IMG/VR virus record: IMGVR_UViG_3300008261_000005
Source: a virus
Reading direction: 5' to 3' (one strand)
Length of the DNA: 64,000 bases
Translations under genes and position numbers: made by a program
In this document: one piece after another, positions 1 through 8,138 of the stretch
Numbering within the stretch: the first letter of the stretch is position 1
Layout of the letters: every line of letters begins with the position of its first letter
The notes under the pieces: generated by a model
What the model saw: the letters and a program-made list of their open reading frames with translations, nothing else
Told to the model about the DNA's origin: nothing
The model's database searches: none

Positions 1-2
1 CA

Positions 3-257
3 ATGTATTCATTAGCTGTTAGTTTGTGCTATGAACTTAAAGATTCTAGCGACAAGAATGCTAAAAATTGGAACGATCAAGTTAACTGTTTCTTTGAATT
101 CATTATGAATAACTTTGAAACTGAATTGGTTATTATGAGTACTAAACTTGCTCTTACCCAATACAATTTGCCTCTGGATCCGGATGAGATTAAATGCTTT
201 GATGATTTCCATGCCAAATTTGGTAAGTATATTTCGGCTGCAACGGAAAAACGTTAA
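3..257 (+). CDS. C-terminal end of a protein running in from before the window; probably the AAA+ (MoxR/midasin-like) ATPase usually paired with DUF2201/VWA proteins
   Basis: The ORF is open from the window edge and no catalytic motifs are visible. The assignment rests on its position directly upstream of the HExxH/VWA gene. Confidence 0.45.
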   Translation: MYSLAVSLCYELKDSSDKNAKNWNDQVNCFFEFIMNNFETELVIMSTKLALTQYNLPLDPDEIKCFDDFHAKFGKYISAATEKR

Positions 258-267
258 AATAAACCGA

Positions 268-296
268 TTGACACCGCCTTCGGGCGGTGTTATAAT
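268..296 (+). promoter_or_regulatory. Consensus sigma70-type promoter whose spacer is a UUCG hairpin
   Basis: TTGACA (268-273), 17 nt, TATAAT (291-296). ACACCGCC-TTCG-GGCGGTGT spans 271-290. An AGGAG RBS precedes ATG 325. Confidence 0.85.
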
Positions 297-324
297 ATAT
301 ACTATAGCAACTTAGGAGCAGAAC

Positions 325-1503
325 ATGCAACACAGTCTAGACCCCGTAGTAGACAAAATTATCGTAGCTCGTGTGGGCTTACTTCTTCGCCATCCATTTT
401 TTGGAAATATGGCAACACGCCTTAAGGTTGTAGACGCCAGCGACTGGTGTAAAACTGCGGCAACTGATGGTCGCAATCTATTTTACAGTCGTTCGTTTTT
501 TGAAACCCTCACTACTAAGCAAGTAGAGTTTGTCGTTGCACACGAAATTCTTCATAACGTTTTTGACCATATGGGCCGACGTGAAGGACGCGATGCACGT
601 ATTTTTAATATTGCCGCAGACTATTGTGTTAACGGACAATTGATTCGTGACCGTATTGGAGAACAGCCTCCAGAAATTAAAATCTTTCATGATCCAAAAC
701 ATTATGGTAAGAGTGCAGAACAAGTATATGACGAGATTTATGACAGCATGGACGAACAAGAACTTGCCGCATTAGGCGAGTTACTTGACGAACATATTGA
801 CTGGGAAAAAGATCCTAAAGACGGAGAAAGCCGTCCGCAATATACAAAAGAAGAACTTAAACAAATCCGTGATGAAATCCGTGAAGCTACTATGCAGGCT
901 GCAAATGCGGCTGGTGCAGGTAATACCCCGGCCAATATTGCACGTATGATTAAGGAACTTACAGAACCTAAAATGAATTGGCGTGAACTGTTGCGTCAAC
1001 AAATTCAAAGTTTAATTAAAAACGATTACACTTTTGCACGTCCAAGTCGCAAAGGTCAAATGTCAGGTGCTATTTTGCCTGGTATGAAATTTGACGAAAC
1101 AATTGATGTTGCTATTGCTATTGACATGAGTGGTTCTATTGGAGATGATCAAGCAAAAGACTTTATTAGTGAAGTCAAAGGCATTATGGACGAGTACAAA
1201 GACTATAAAATTAAATTATGGTGTTTTGATACCAAAGTATATAACGAACAAGACTTTGACGGATACAGCGGTGAAGATATTCTCAATTACGAAGTTAAAG
1301 GCGGCGGCGGCACAGACTTTGATGCCAATTGGGAATACATGAAGAAATACGATATCAATCCTAAAAAGTTTATCATGTTTACTGATGGATATCCTTGGGA
1401 CTCATGGGGTGATGAAAATTACTGCGATACGCTATTCATTATTCACGGAAATGATTCTATTGTTCCACCATTTGGTTCTCACGCTTATTACGAGTTTAAA
1501 TAA
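325..1503 (+). CDS. DUF2201-type putative metallopeptidase with C-terminal VWA domain
   Basis: AATDG...F...HEILH (HExxH) in the N-terminal half. DMSGS (MIDAS DxSxS), GGGGTDF and FTDG motifs in the C-terminal half. Confidence 0.85.
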   Translation: MQHSLDPVVDKIIVARVGLLLRHPFFGNMATRLKVVDASDWCKTAATDGRNLFYSRSFFETLTTKQVEFVVAHEILHNVFDHMGRREGRDARIFNIAADYCVNGQLIRDRIGEQPPEIKIFHDPKHYGKSAEQVYDEIYDSMDEQELAALGELLDEHIDWEKDPKDGESRPQYTKEELKQIRDEIREATMQAANAAGAGNTPANIARMIKELTEPKMNWRELLRQQIQSLIKNDYTFARPSRKGQMSGAILPGMKFDETIDVAIAIDMSGSIGDDQAKDFISEVKGIMDEYKDYKIKLWCFDTKVYNEQDFDGYSGEDILNYEVKGGGGTDFDANWEYMKKYDINPKKFIMFTDGYPWDSWGDENYCDTLFIIHGNDSIVPPFGSHAYYEFK

Positions 1504-1512
1504 GAGAGTGAG

Positions 1513-1791
1513 ATGGCAATAAAAAATGGTAAACCAAATCCTCTAAATTTGTTGGATCTAAGGAGAGTGGACTTTCCCGCTCACCATTTCTATTACATGA
1601 CTGTACCCAAGTACAATCCCACTTATGTAAAAACAATAGATAGTTGGATCTTCAATAACTTGAACGGCAGATATTATGTTGGGCAAGGTATTGAGCTAGA
1701 TTCAACTAACTCTATCATCTATGTCACAAAAGTTGGATTTGAGCAAGAAAAAGAGATTAGTTTTTTCTTGCTCGCATATTCAAATCTGTAA
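1513..1791 (+). CDS. Hypothetical phage protein
   Basis: 92-aa ORF preceded by GAG/GTGAG, co-directional with its neighbours. Confidence 0.7.
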   Translation: MAIKNGKPNPLNLLDLRRVDFPAHHFYYMTVPKYNPTYVKTIDSWIFNNLNGRYYVGQGIELDSTNSIIYVTKVGFEQEKEISFFLLAYSNL

Positions 1792-1815
1792 CTCCTAAAA
1801 TATAATACGGCTATA

Positions 1816-1843
1816 TAATAACGACATCACAATGTCGTTATTA
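1816..1843 (+). promoter_or_regulatory. Perfect 12-bp inverted repeat abutting the RBS of ORF 1854
   Basis: TAATAACGACAT-CACA-ATGTCGTTATTA, followed immediately by AGGAG (1844-1848). Confidence 0.6.
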
Positions 1844-1853
1844 AGGAGATACT

Positions 1854-2084
1854 ATGACTGAACAAACTAAAGAACAAGTCCAGGAAACTGCGCCAGAAAC
1901 CGCACAAGCACCTGACAACGATTTAACAATTAATGATCTAAACTCTATGAAGCAGATCATCGACATCGCAAGTTCACGCGGTGCATTTAAGGCAAACGAA
2001 ATGGAAGCTGTTGGTAAGGTTTATAATAAATTATCAAACTTCTTAGCTCAAGTAGCCGCAAAAGGACAACAAACAAATGGTTGA
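1854..2084 (+). CDS. Hypothetical phage protein
   Basis: 76-aa ORF with strong TAAGGAG RBS; overlaps the next ORF. Confidence 0.8.
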   Translation: MTEQTKEQVQETAPETAQAPDNDLTINDLNSMKQIIDIASSRGAFKANEMEAVGKVYNKLSNFLAQVAAKGQQTNG

Positions 2085-2682
2085 TTTAAAACACGTAGCT
2101 AGGTTTATTGATTCTGGCAGAAAGTGTTTAGTAGCATATAGAACACTTCCTGGCGATGCATATAGCTGCCTAGTAATCCCAACAGAAAATTTACCAGAAT
2201 CACAACACGATGCACTTATTAGCATTGTCGAGTCTTCTGCTGCTCAATCGGCAAATGAATTTGCAGAAGTTCTTGCACGTCAGCAATTCCCAGATGGTAG
2301 CATTATGCTTGCCGCATTACACACCCAAGGTAAATTGATTAAAGTTGCAACTGATGCAATTGAAATGATTCCAAACTTTTCTGCCAAAGTAAGATTAGAT
2401 AAGTTAAACATTATCATTGCTGAACAGCGTAATGTTGCAGTTGACGATTTAGCAATCAAACCACCAGGTGGAAAATCTACTCAACTTGCTGAAGTGGTAG
2501 AGATTGCAACAGTAAATGAAGTTCCATCAGTTGCTCCAAAGGTTGATGCTACTGCGCCGGTTGAAGGAGATACGCCAGAGATCGTTGCCAAACGTTATCG
2601 CAGTCAAGCAGATAAGTTGGCAAAAGAAGCTGCACAATTTCGTAGACTAGCAGAGGACTTGGTACCGACTAAGAAAAAATGA
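2077..2682 (+). CDS. Hypothetical phage protein
   Basis: 201-aa ORF coupled to both neighbours, with a GGA RBS. Confidence 0.8.
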   Translation: MVDLKHVARFIDSGRKCLVAYRTLPGDAYSCLVIPTENLPESQHDALISIVESSAAQSANEFAEVLARQQFPDGSIMLAALHTQGKLIKVATDAIEMIPNFSAKVRLDKLNIIIAEQRNVAVDDLAIKPPGGKSTQLAEVVEIATVNEVPSVAPKVDATAPVEGDTPEIVAKRYRSQADKLAKEAAQFRRLAEDLVPTKKK

Positions 2683-2993
2683 CATCCAAGAAACTTTCAA
2701 AGGATGTTATTGAACGATGGCCCGAAGTATTTGAAGGGATACAGTTAAATGTAGTTCCCTTAAAATACTTACACTCTATTCAGATACATTTTAAAGATAA
2801 GAAGACCTGGGACATTGATATTTCTTCTAAAAAAGAAGAAATGACTTGGCAAGATGTTGAGAAAAATATTCACGAATTATTTGCACAATATCAAGACGAA
2901 ATTGAAAATGTAGATTTTAAACTTAATACTGAAAAATTAAAAAGTGATATAATCCAAGGTACTTCAAAATTCCTTAAGAAAAGAAAATTATAA
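2679..2993 (+). CDS. Hypothetical phage protein
   Basis: 104-aa ORF with ATGA overlap upstream and TAATG overlap with thyX. Confidence 0.75.
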   Translation: MTSKKLSKDVIERWPEVFEGIQLNVVPLKYLHSIQIHFKDKKTWDIDISSKKEEMTWQDVEKNIHELFAQYQDEIENVDFKLNTEKLKSDIIQGTSKFLKKRKL

Positions 2994-3658
2994 TGAAAGT
3001 TAAATTAATATCATCAAGTAAAGCCAGTAGAGAAATGGTAAATGAAGGTATTTACGATGCACAAGAGCTTATTGCCTTTTGTGCAAGAGTAAGTAACCCA
3101 GCTAATCAATTCAATACAGAAACTAGTGAGAAATTAATCAACTATCTAATCAAGCATCAACATTGGAGTCCGCTCGAAATGGTAAGTGCTTGTTTAGAAA
3201 TTGAAACCACACGTGATATTGCAAGGCAAATTTTAAGACACCGTAGTTTTAGTTTCCAAGAGTTCAGTCAACGCTATGCGGATCCTACTAAAGACTTGGA
3301 CTTTGTCATACGTGAGGCACGTCTGCAAGATACAACAAATCGTCAAAATTCTGTTGTAACTGATGACGTTGAATTGCAAGCGTGGTGGGATGCCAAGCAA
3401 AAGTTTATTATTGAAACTGTTAAACAAACATACGCAGAAGCTATTTCTAAAGGTATTGCTAAAGAACAGGCTCGTGCTATTTTACCAGAAGGTAATACAG
3501 TAAGTCGCTTGTACATGAACGGTACTTTGCGTAGTTGGATTCACTTTATTGAATTGCGAAGTGCAAACGGCACACAGTTAGAACATCAGCTGGTTGCTCG
3601 CGAGTGCGGACGAGTCATTGCAGAAGTGTTTCCAATGGCATCAAACCATATTAATTAG
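2993..3658 (+). CDS. thyX: Flavin-dependent thymidylate synthase
   Basis: ThyX signature RHRSFSFQEFSQRY, plus H-W-S-P-L-E, EQARAILP and LRSWIHFIELRS...Q.EH. Confidence 0.95.
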   Translation: MKVKLISSSKASREMVNEGIYDAQELIAFCARVSNPANQFNTETSEKLINYLIKHQHWSPLEMVSACLEIETTRDIARQILRHRSFSFQEFSQRYADPTKDLDFVIREARLQDTTNRQNSVVTDDVELQAWWDAKQKFIIETVKQTYAEAISKGIAKEQARAILPEGNTVSRLYMNGTLRSWIHFIELRSANGTQLEHQLVARECGRVIAEVFPMASNHIN

Positions 3659-4830
3659 TTGTAAGAGTTATCGCCGGGCCACAGAGGCAACTTTGTTCCC
3701 GGCGACCTTTTGGGTATTTTACTGTCAGCACTACTTACACAACTAGAAGTAATGCATGATTTAGGACCATCAAATAAGTTAAATCCAGTTTCAATATTGC
3801 CTAATGGAGCGTCATGACAACTATAGCTACGTTTGATACTGCCGTCAGGTTCACGTATAATAATACTACGGTATCCGCTTGAACATTCCCAATCTTTAAA
3901 TTTATTAAAGTTAAATGCATTAAATCGTTCAGCTTGATCCATGTACCAAACTTTTTTATTTTTGTCCACAAACTCTACTTGAAAGTGTTGCGGGATAGTA
4001 TCTTGTGAATATATAGGATCTGGAACTTTCTTAAATGTGGGTTCTGGTCTAACTACTAACTTAGCTTCTGCTGCCTTTGCTTCTGTATAGCCACGTTGCG
4101 GCATTCCGTTGTGTAATACTTTAAGCATTTCTGGAGTATACCCATCAACTACACGACTAGCAGTGGGATCACTTTGAGGCTTTAATGTTACATTAATTCC
4201 ACGATTGTGAAAGTATAATGCGTTCTCATAATCTTTATCAAACCATTCAGGAACCATTACCATGTTAATAGTTACTTGAACATCATGTTGCTGACATAAT
4301 TCTAATTTATCAGCAAACTCACTCATTTTTTCTTTAGTATTAACGTGTTCAGTATGCAGGCTAGCAGTGATACTTGCTCTATGAAATTTACTAACTGCCT
4401 TACAATATTCATCTCGATGCCATGCTAAACTACGACTCATATTCGTTGTCATATGTACACTAGTATAGTTTGTGTTTTCTGAATCATTGTTTAAGTGATT
4501 CAAAATGTCAATATAACCAGGATGAAACGTGGGTTCGCCGCCACTTAAACTAAAATGGAAACTATTAAATCCTCGGTCACGAGCTTGACGTTTAATCTCG
4601 TCAACAGTCTTTAAACACAGCTCAGTTGGTCTATGATCTTTTTTATCGCTTCGTGCGTAAGGCCAGCAGTAACTACACTTATAATTACAGAATCTGCCTA
4701 ACAGCCAACTTACTGTGAATAAGTCTCTATAAAGCATTGTACGTTGTCCAACACGTACTATATCGTCATAGGGTATTTGTGTAAAGTCGTATGCAGATGT
4801 TTTTAAATCACTCATTAAGATTGAATCCAC
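3655..4830 (-). CDS. Radical SAM protein with C-terminal Cys-rich (twitch/SPASM-like) region
   Basis: CNYKCSYC, SGGEPT, TTN; C-terminal WECSSG...SC...C...C. Confidence 0.9.
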   Translation of the reverse strand: MDSILMSDLKTSAYDFTQIPYDDIVRVGQRTMLYRDLFTVSWLLGRFCNYKCSYCWPYARSDKKDHRPTELCLKTVDEIKRQARDRGFNSFHFSLSGGEPTFHPGYIDILNHLNNDSENTNYTSVHMTTNMSRSLAWHRDEYCKAVSKFHRASITASLHTEHVNTKEKMSEFADKLELCQQHDVQVTINMVMVPEWFDKDYENALYFHNRGINVTLKPQSDPTASRVVDGYTPEMLKVLHNGMPQRGYTEAKAAEAKLVVRPEPTFKKVPDPIYSQDTIPQHFQVEFVDKNKKVWYMDQAERFNAFNFNKFKDWECSSGYRSIIIREPDGSIKRSYSCHDAPLGNIETGFNLFDGPKSCITSSCVSSADSKIPKRSPGTKLPLWPGDNSYN

Positions 4831-5279
4831 ATAACTTTGGGTTTTGTTTCTACAGCATTTTCAAACACTTTCATGTCAACGTGTCTAGCCATAACAGCTT
4901 CATATTTGCTTTTATCAGAACTTTTGGGAGCGCATAGTCCACAACCACAAGTGTGTTTGGGACATATAATTGTTGGCATTGTACCAGCTTTTAAATGCTC
5001 TTCTAATTCTTTTAGAATTTTGTCGCCTTCGCTTAACTTACCAATTGGTCCGCGGGTTTGACCAAATTGTGCTTGGCATGTTTGATGATGGAATACACTA
5101 TCAGTTTGTTGTTCAATGTGCATAAAGAACCAATTGACGCTACAATGCCAACCTTTAAATTCTCTAAAATCTACAAACTTGCTTTTTCTATCAACACCAT
5201 CTTGACTTAGACACATGGTTCTACTACCACAGCACGGTCTACCTATTTTTAGACCCAATTCTTTCTTTTCTTCACTCAT
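4815..5279 (-). CDS. Stand-alone Cys-rich SPASM/twitch-like domain; apparent C-terminal half of the upstream radical SAM
   Basis: PCC, FKGWHCSVN, HQTC, CPKHTCGCGLC. Parallels the C-terminus of 3655..4830 (FKDWECSSG). ATGA overlap with 5276..5986. Confidence 0.7.
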   Translation of the reverse strand: MSEEKKELGLKIGRPCCGSRTMCLSQDGVDRKSKFVDFREFKGWHCSVNWFFMHIEQQTDSVFHHQTCQAQFGQTRGPIGKLSEGDKILKELEEHLKAGTMPTIICPKHTCGCGLCAPKSSDKSKYEAVMARHVDMKVFENAVETKPKVMWIQS

Positions 5280-5986
5280 GCTGCTTGTACCTTTTTAGTG
5301 TTATTTGACCAATAATCTTTCATCCACTGTAACTGTTCTTCAGTGTATTGATGTGCAAAATTGCTTTTACTGTCTGGTTCTTCGCCAATAATACGTGGAA
5401 CATATTTTATATCGTTGTCATCTAAAAATTCACATAGCTCAACACATTCGTCAAAGTATGCGGCATGAAACATCACATTGATACTGATACTACATTTATT
5501 AGCAGGGCCTTCTTTATGAAACTGAACCATACGATCTCTGACTTGTTGTTTAAGTGTGTCATCAGCCTCTGCATGGTAACTAACTGTTATGTGTCCAAAA
5601 TTTTCCATAACTTTCTGAGCCATTTTTTTACTCATTGCCCCATTGCTAGTAAGAGCAAAATTACACTCGTACTTGTCTTTATATTTGGTCTCGTATGCTT
5701 CTTTGAGGTACTTGGCAAAGGCAATAAAATTTGGATTTACTGTTGGTTCACCGCCAGTAAAACTAACACTTGCCCTCTTGTAATCTCTATAGGTCATGTA
5801 CAAATTTACATACTCCAACATAAAATCTGCATTTTTGATTAATTCTTCTAACGTGGCATGTGGGCTAAAATTGTCATGCCTATGAGCTGGACAATAACTG
5901 CAATCGTAATTACAGCGTCGACCAATATCCCAAGTTACTTGGAATACATTGCCATCAAGCAAATCAACTGTATCAAAACTAGCCAT
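5276..5986 (-). CDS. Radical SAM core domain (truncated relative to its paralogue)
   Basis: WDIGRRCNYDCSYC, FTGGEPT, TSNG; closely parallels WLLGRFCNYKCSYC of 3655..4830. Confidence 0.9.
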   Translation of the reverse strand: MASFDTVDLLDGNVFQVTWDIGRRCNYDCSYCPAHRHDNFSPHATLEELIKNADFMLEYVNLYMTYRDYKRASVSFTGGEPTVNPNFIAFAKYLKEAYETKYKDKYECNFALTSNGAMSKKMAQKVMENFGHITVSYHAEADDTLKQQVRDRMVQFHKEGPANKCSISINVMFHAAYFDECVELCEFLDDNDIKYVPRIIGEEPDSKSNFAHQYTEEQLQWMKDYWSNNTKKVQAA

Positions 5987-7284
5987 TAAATATAATCCTT
6001 AAACTTTGGTTCTACATCGCACAAATTTTCTTGACGAATATTGTCTAATTGCTGTGTGTATTTTATAAATTCATTCCAGTGTGTATCATAATAATTATCG
6101 CTGTTCATATAACTTGTTACGCCTTTAGAAATATCTTCTGCTTGTTTAATTACATGCGCAGGATAATTATTATCTTTTACCCATTGAACAAACTCAACAA
6201 ACTTAACAGTGACATCTTTTTTGTATTGTTCTGGAAGGACACGTACATTTAAATGTTTTGGATGATGTGCAACATGATGTGTGATAATTGGGCGTTTTTG
6301 TGTGAAGTTTATTTTCTTTAAACCGCTTTCTGTTAATTTCCATTTCATAAAATCAATCATATGATTAACATTATACGCTGTTACTGTGAACGCAAGCCAA
6401 CCAAAAATATTATCTGGCAATTGATCAACCTTGTGTAAATTATCTAGTGTCTTTTGCCACTTAGCAGGATGTCGTTGATATTCTTGCATTGCACCCATAC
6501 CATCAACACTTGCACCAACACGAACTTGTTTAAAACTTTTCCATAAATTTGTAACACGAGTAGGAAGTGTACTCATGTTGGTATTGTACTCAATAATAAT
6601 ATGTTTTGCAGCATCTTTTTCAACACAACGTTCTAAGAAATCATAATGACGTTCAATTAGCATGGGTTCACCTCCCGCAAAATATACGTGTTGGATATTA
6701 TGTATGTTTGCCTCAAGTTGTTCCCAAAATGGTTCGTATTCTGGCCAGTCAAAAGCTGGAACATTCCCGTCAACAATTTCCATTATTCCGCCAGTATCTT
6801 TAAATTTATTACTGCCAGTTAACTTAATCCAATCATCGTACCATGCATTACTATCTGTTGGGCCGCACATACGACATTTTAAATTACAAAAATTTCCAAA
6901 TCTTAAATCATAATAAACTACAGGAAAGGTTTCAGTGGATATACTACCATCTTCAGCAGTTTTACTACGTGCTTCGTCGATAGTTAACTTCCATTGTTCA
7001 TTTTCGTATGTGCGTCTGCTAACTAACCCACTTGTTTCTTCGTTTTTACATCGTCCACATTCTTCGTTCCACACACCATTTAACATATTAAGACGAATTG
7101 TTTTCATCATACTGTTGTTACGTGCAAGGTCTAAATTATCTTTGCCAGCGTTAAATGCAGTGCCATCATCCTTGCGTATTACACCTTGATTTTTAGTCAC
7201 ATTTGCTTGACAACAAACTCGCATATCACCGTTTGCACGAATAGCTTGGAAGTTCCAAGGGATTGGGCAAAATGTATTACTCAT
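5986..7284 (-). CDS. Radical SAM protein with N-terminal SPASM/twitch-like domain
   Basis: N-terminal FCPIPW...RVCC...ECGRC; core DLRFGNFCNLKCRMC, YFAGGEP, YNTN. Confidence 0.9.
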   Translation of the reverse strand: MSNTFCPIPWNFQAIRANGDMRVCCQANVTKNQGVIRKDDGTAFNAGKDNLDLARNNSMMKTIRLNMLNGVWNEECGRCKNEETSGLVSRRTYENEQWKLTIDEARSKTAEDGSISTETFPVVYYDLRFGNFCNLKCRMCGPTDSNAWYDDWIKLTGSNKFKDTGGIMEIVDGNVPAFDWPEYEPFWEQLEANIHNIQHVYFAGGEPMLIERHYDFLERCVEKDAAKHIIIEYNTNMSTLPTRVTNLWKSFKQVRVGASVDGMGAMQEYQRHPAKWQKTLDNLHKVDQLPDNIFGWLAFTVTAYNVNHMIDFMKWKLTESGLKKINFTQKRPIITHHVAHHPKHLNVRVLPEQYKKDVTVKFVEFVQWVKDNNYPAHVIKQAEDISKGVTSYMNSDNYYDTHWNEFIKYTQQLDNIRQENLCDVEPKFKDYI

Positions 7285-8138
7285 TTAGGTATCCTAGCTA
7301 CCATGTCAGGAATTTCTGTTTCTGCCCAGGAACGTTCTTGACACCAAAAACACTTGCCACAAGTTGGAACATAAATTCCTGGCTTATAATCTATAAGGCT
7401 TGGGAAAGTCTGACTAACAATTGCATCAGATAAATCGCCCTCGCAACTACGTGTAGTTTCATATAAATCTACAATTTTAAACAAGTAATATTGTGCAAGT
7501 ATCCAGGATTTGTCAACTAACAAAAATGGTAAGAATATGTGAGATCCATTTCTTTTTAAAATTAGTAGAGGTTCTTTTTTATCAGTGTCAATTCGACGTG
7601 CTGGCGGTTCACCGTCAATTGTATAGCTTAACGGATTGTGAGTAGTTGCATTAAATATAGCATCAAATTTATATTTGAAAATACAATATGAATTAAATTC
7701 ATCAATTTGAATTTGATCACCAGCTCGTAGCACACCTTTAGACATAATAATTTTACCCATTGCACCATCTTCAATTCCTGGAGCAATAAAATTAGTATGA
7801 CGATTTTCAATTACATCAGGAAACATTGATTTTAATTTATTAAAAACTTCTTCCGATATAGGTTCTTGCCAAGGTCTAGTATCCCAACAACGTATATGCG
7901 TGATAACATCTATTTTACAATCTAGTTTATTATCTTGAATAATTTTACATAACAAGAATGTGAGACAAGCACTATCTGCTCCACCTGATAAATTCACTCC
8001 AATTTTTTTCCAAGAAGTAGAAACTGGGATATCTAATCCGTTAATACGGTGTAATTCTAATTTTGGTAATTCACCACCGTACATTGCTTTGTACTGTGAT
8101 TTCATTTTGTTATACAAACTATTACTAAATTCAAACAT
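7281..8138 (-). CDS. QueC-like PP-loop ATPase (adenylation/amidation-type enzyme)
   Basis: PP-loop NLSGGADS and a C-terminal TRSCEG...CGKCFWCQER Zn-type motif as in QueC/ExsB. Confidence 0.7.
   Translation of the reverse strand: MFEFSNSLYNKMKSQYKAMYGGELPKLELHRINGLDIPVSTSWKKIGVNLSGGADSACLTFLLCKIIQDNKLDCKIDVITHIRCWDTRPWQEPISEEVFNKLKSMFPDVIENRHTNFIAPGIEDGAMGKIIMSKGVLRAGDQIQIDEFNSYCIFKYKFDAIFNATTHNPLSYTIDGEPPARRIDTDKKEPLLILKRNGSHIFLPFLLVDKSWILAQYYLFKIVDLYETTRSCEGDLSDAIVSQTFPSLIDYKPGIYVPTCGKCFWCQERSWAETEIPDMVARIPK

Noticed and set aside
7281-8138. Calling a complete 7-deazaguanine DNA-modification pathway
   Set aside because: folE, queD and dpdA are not recognisable in the window; only a QueC-like fold is supported.
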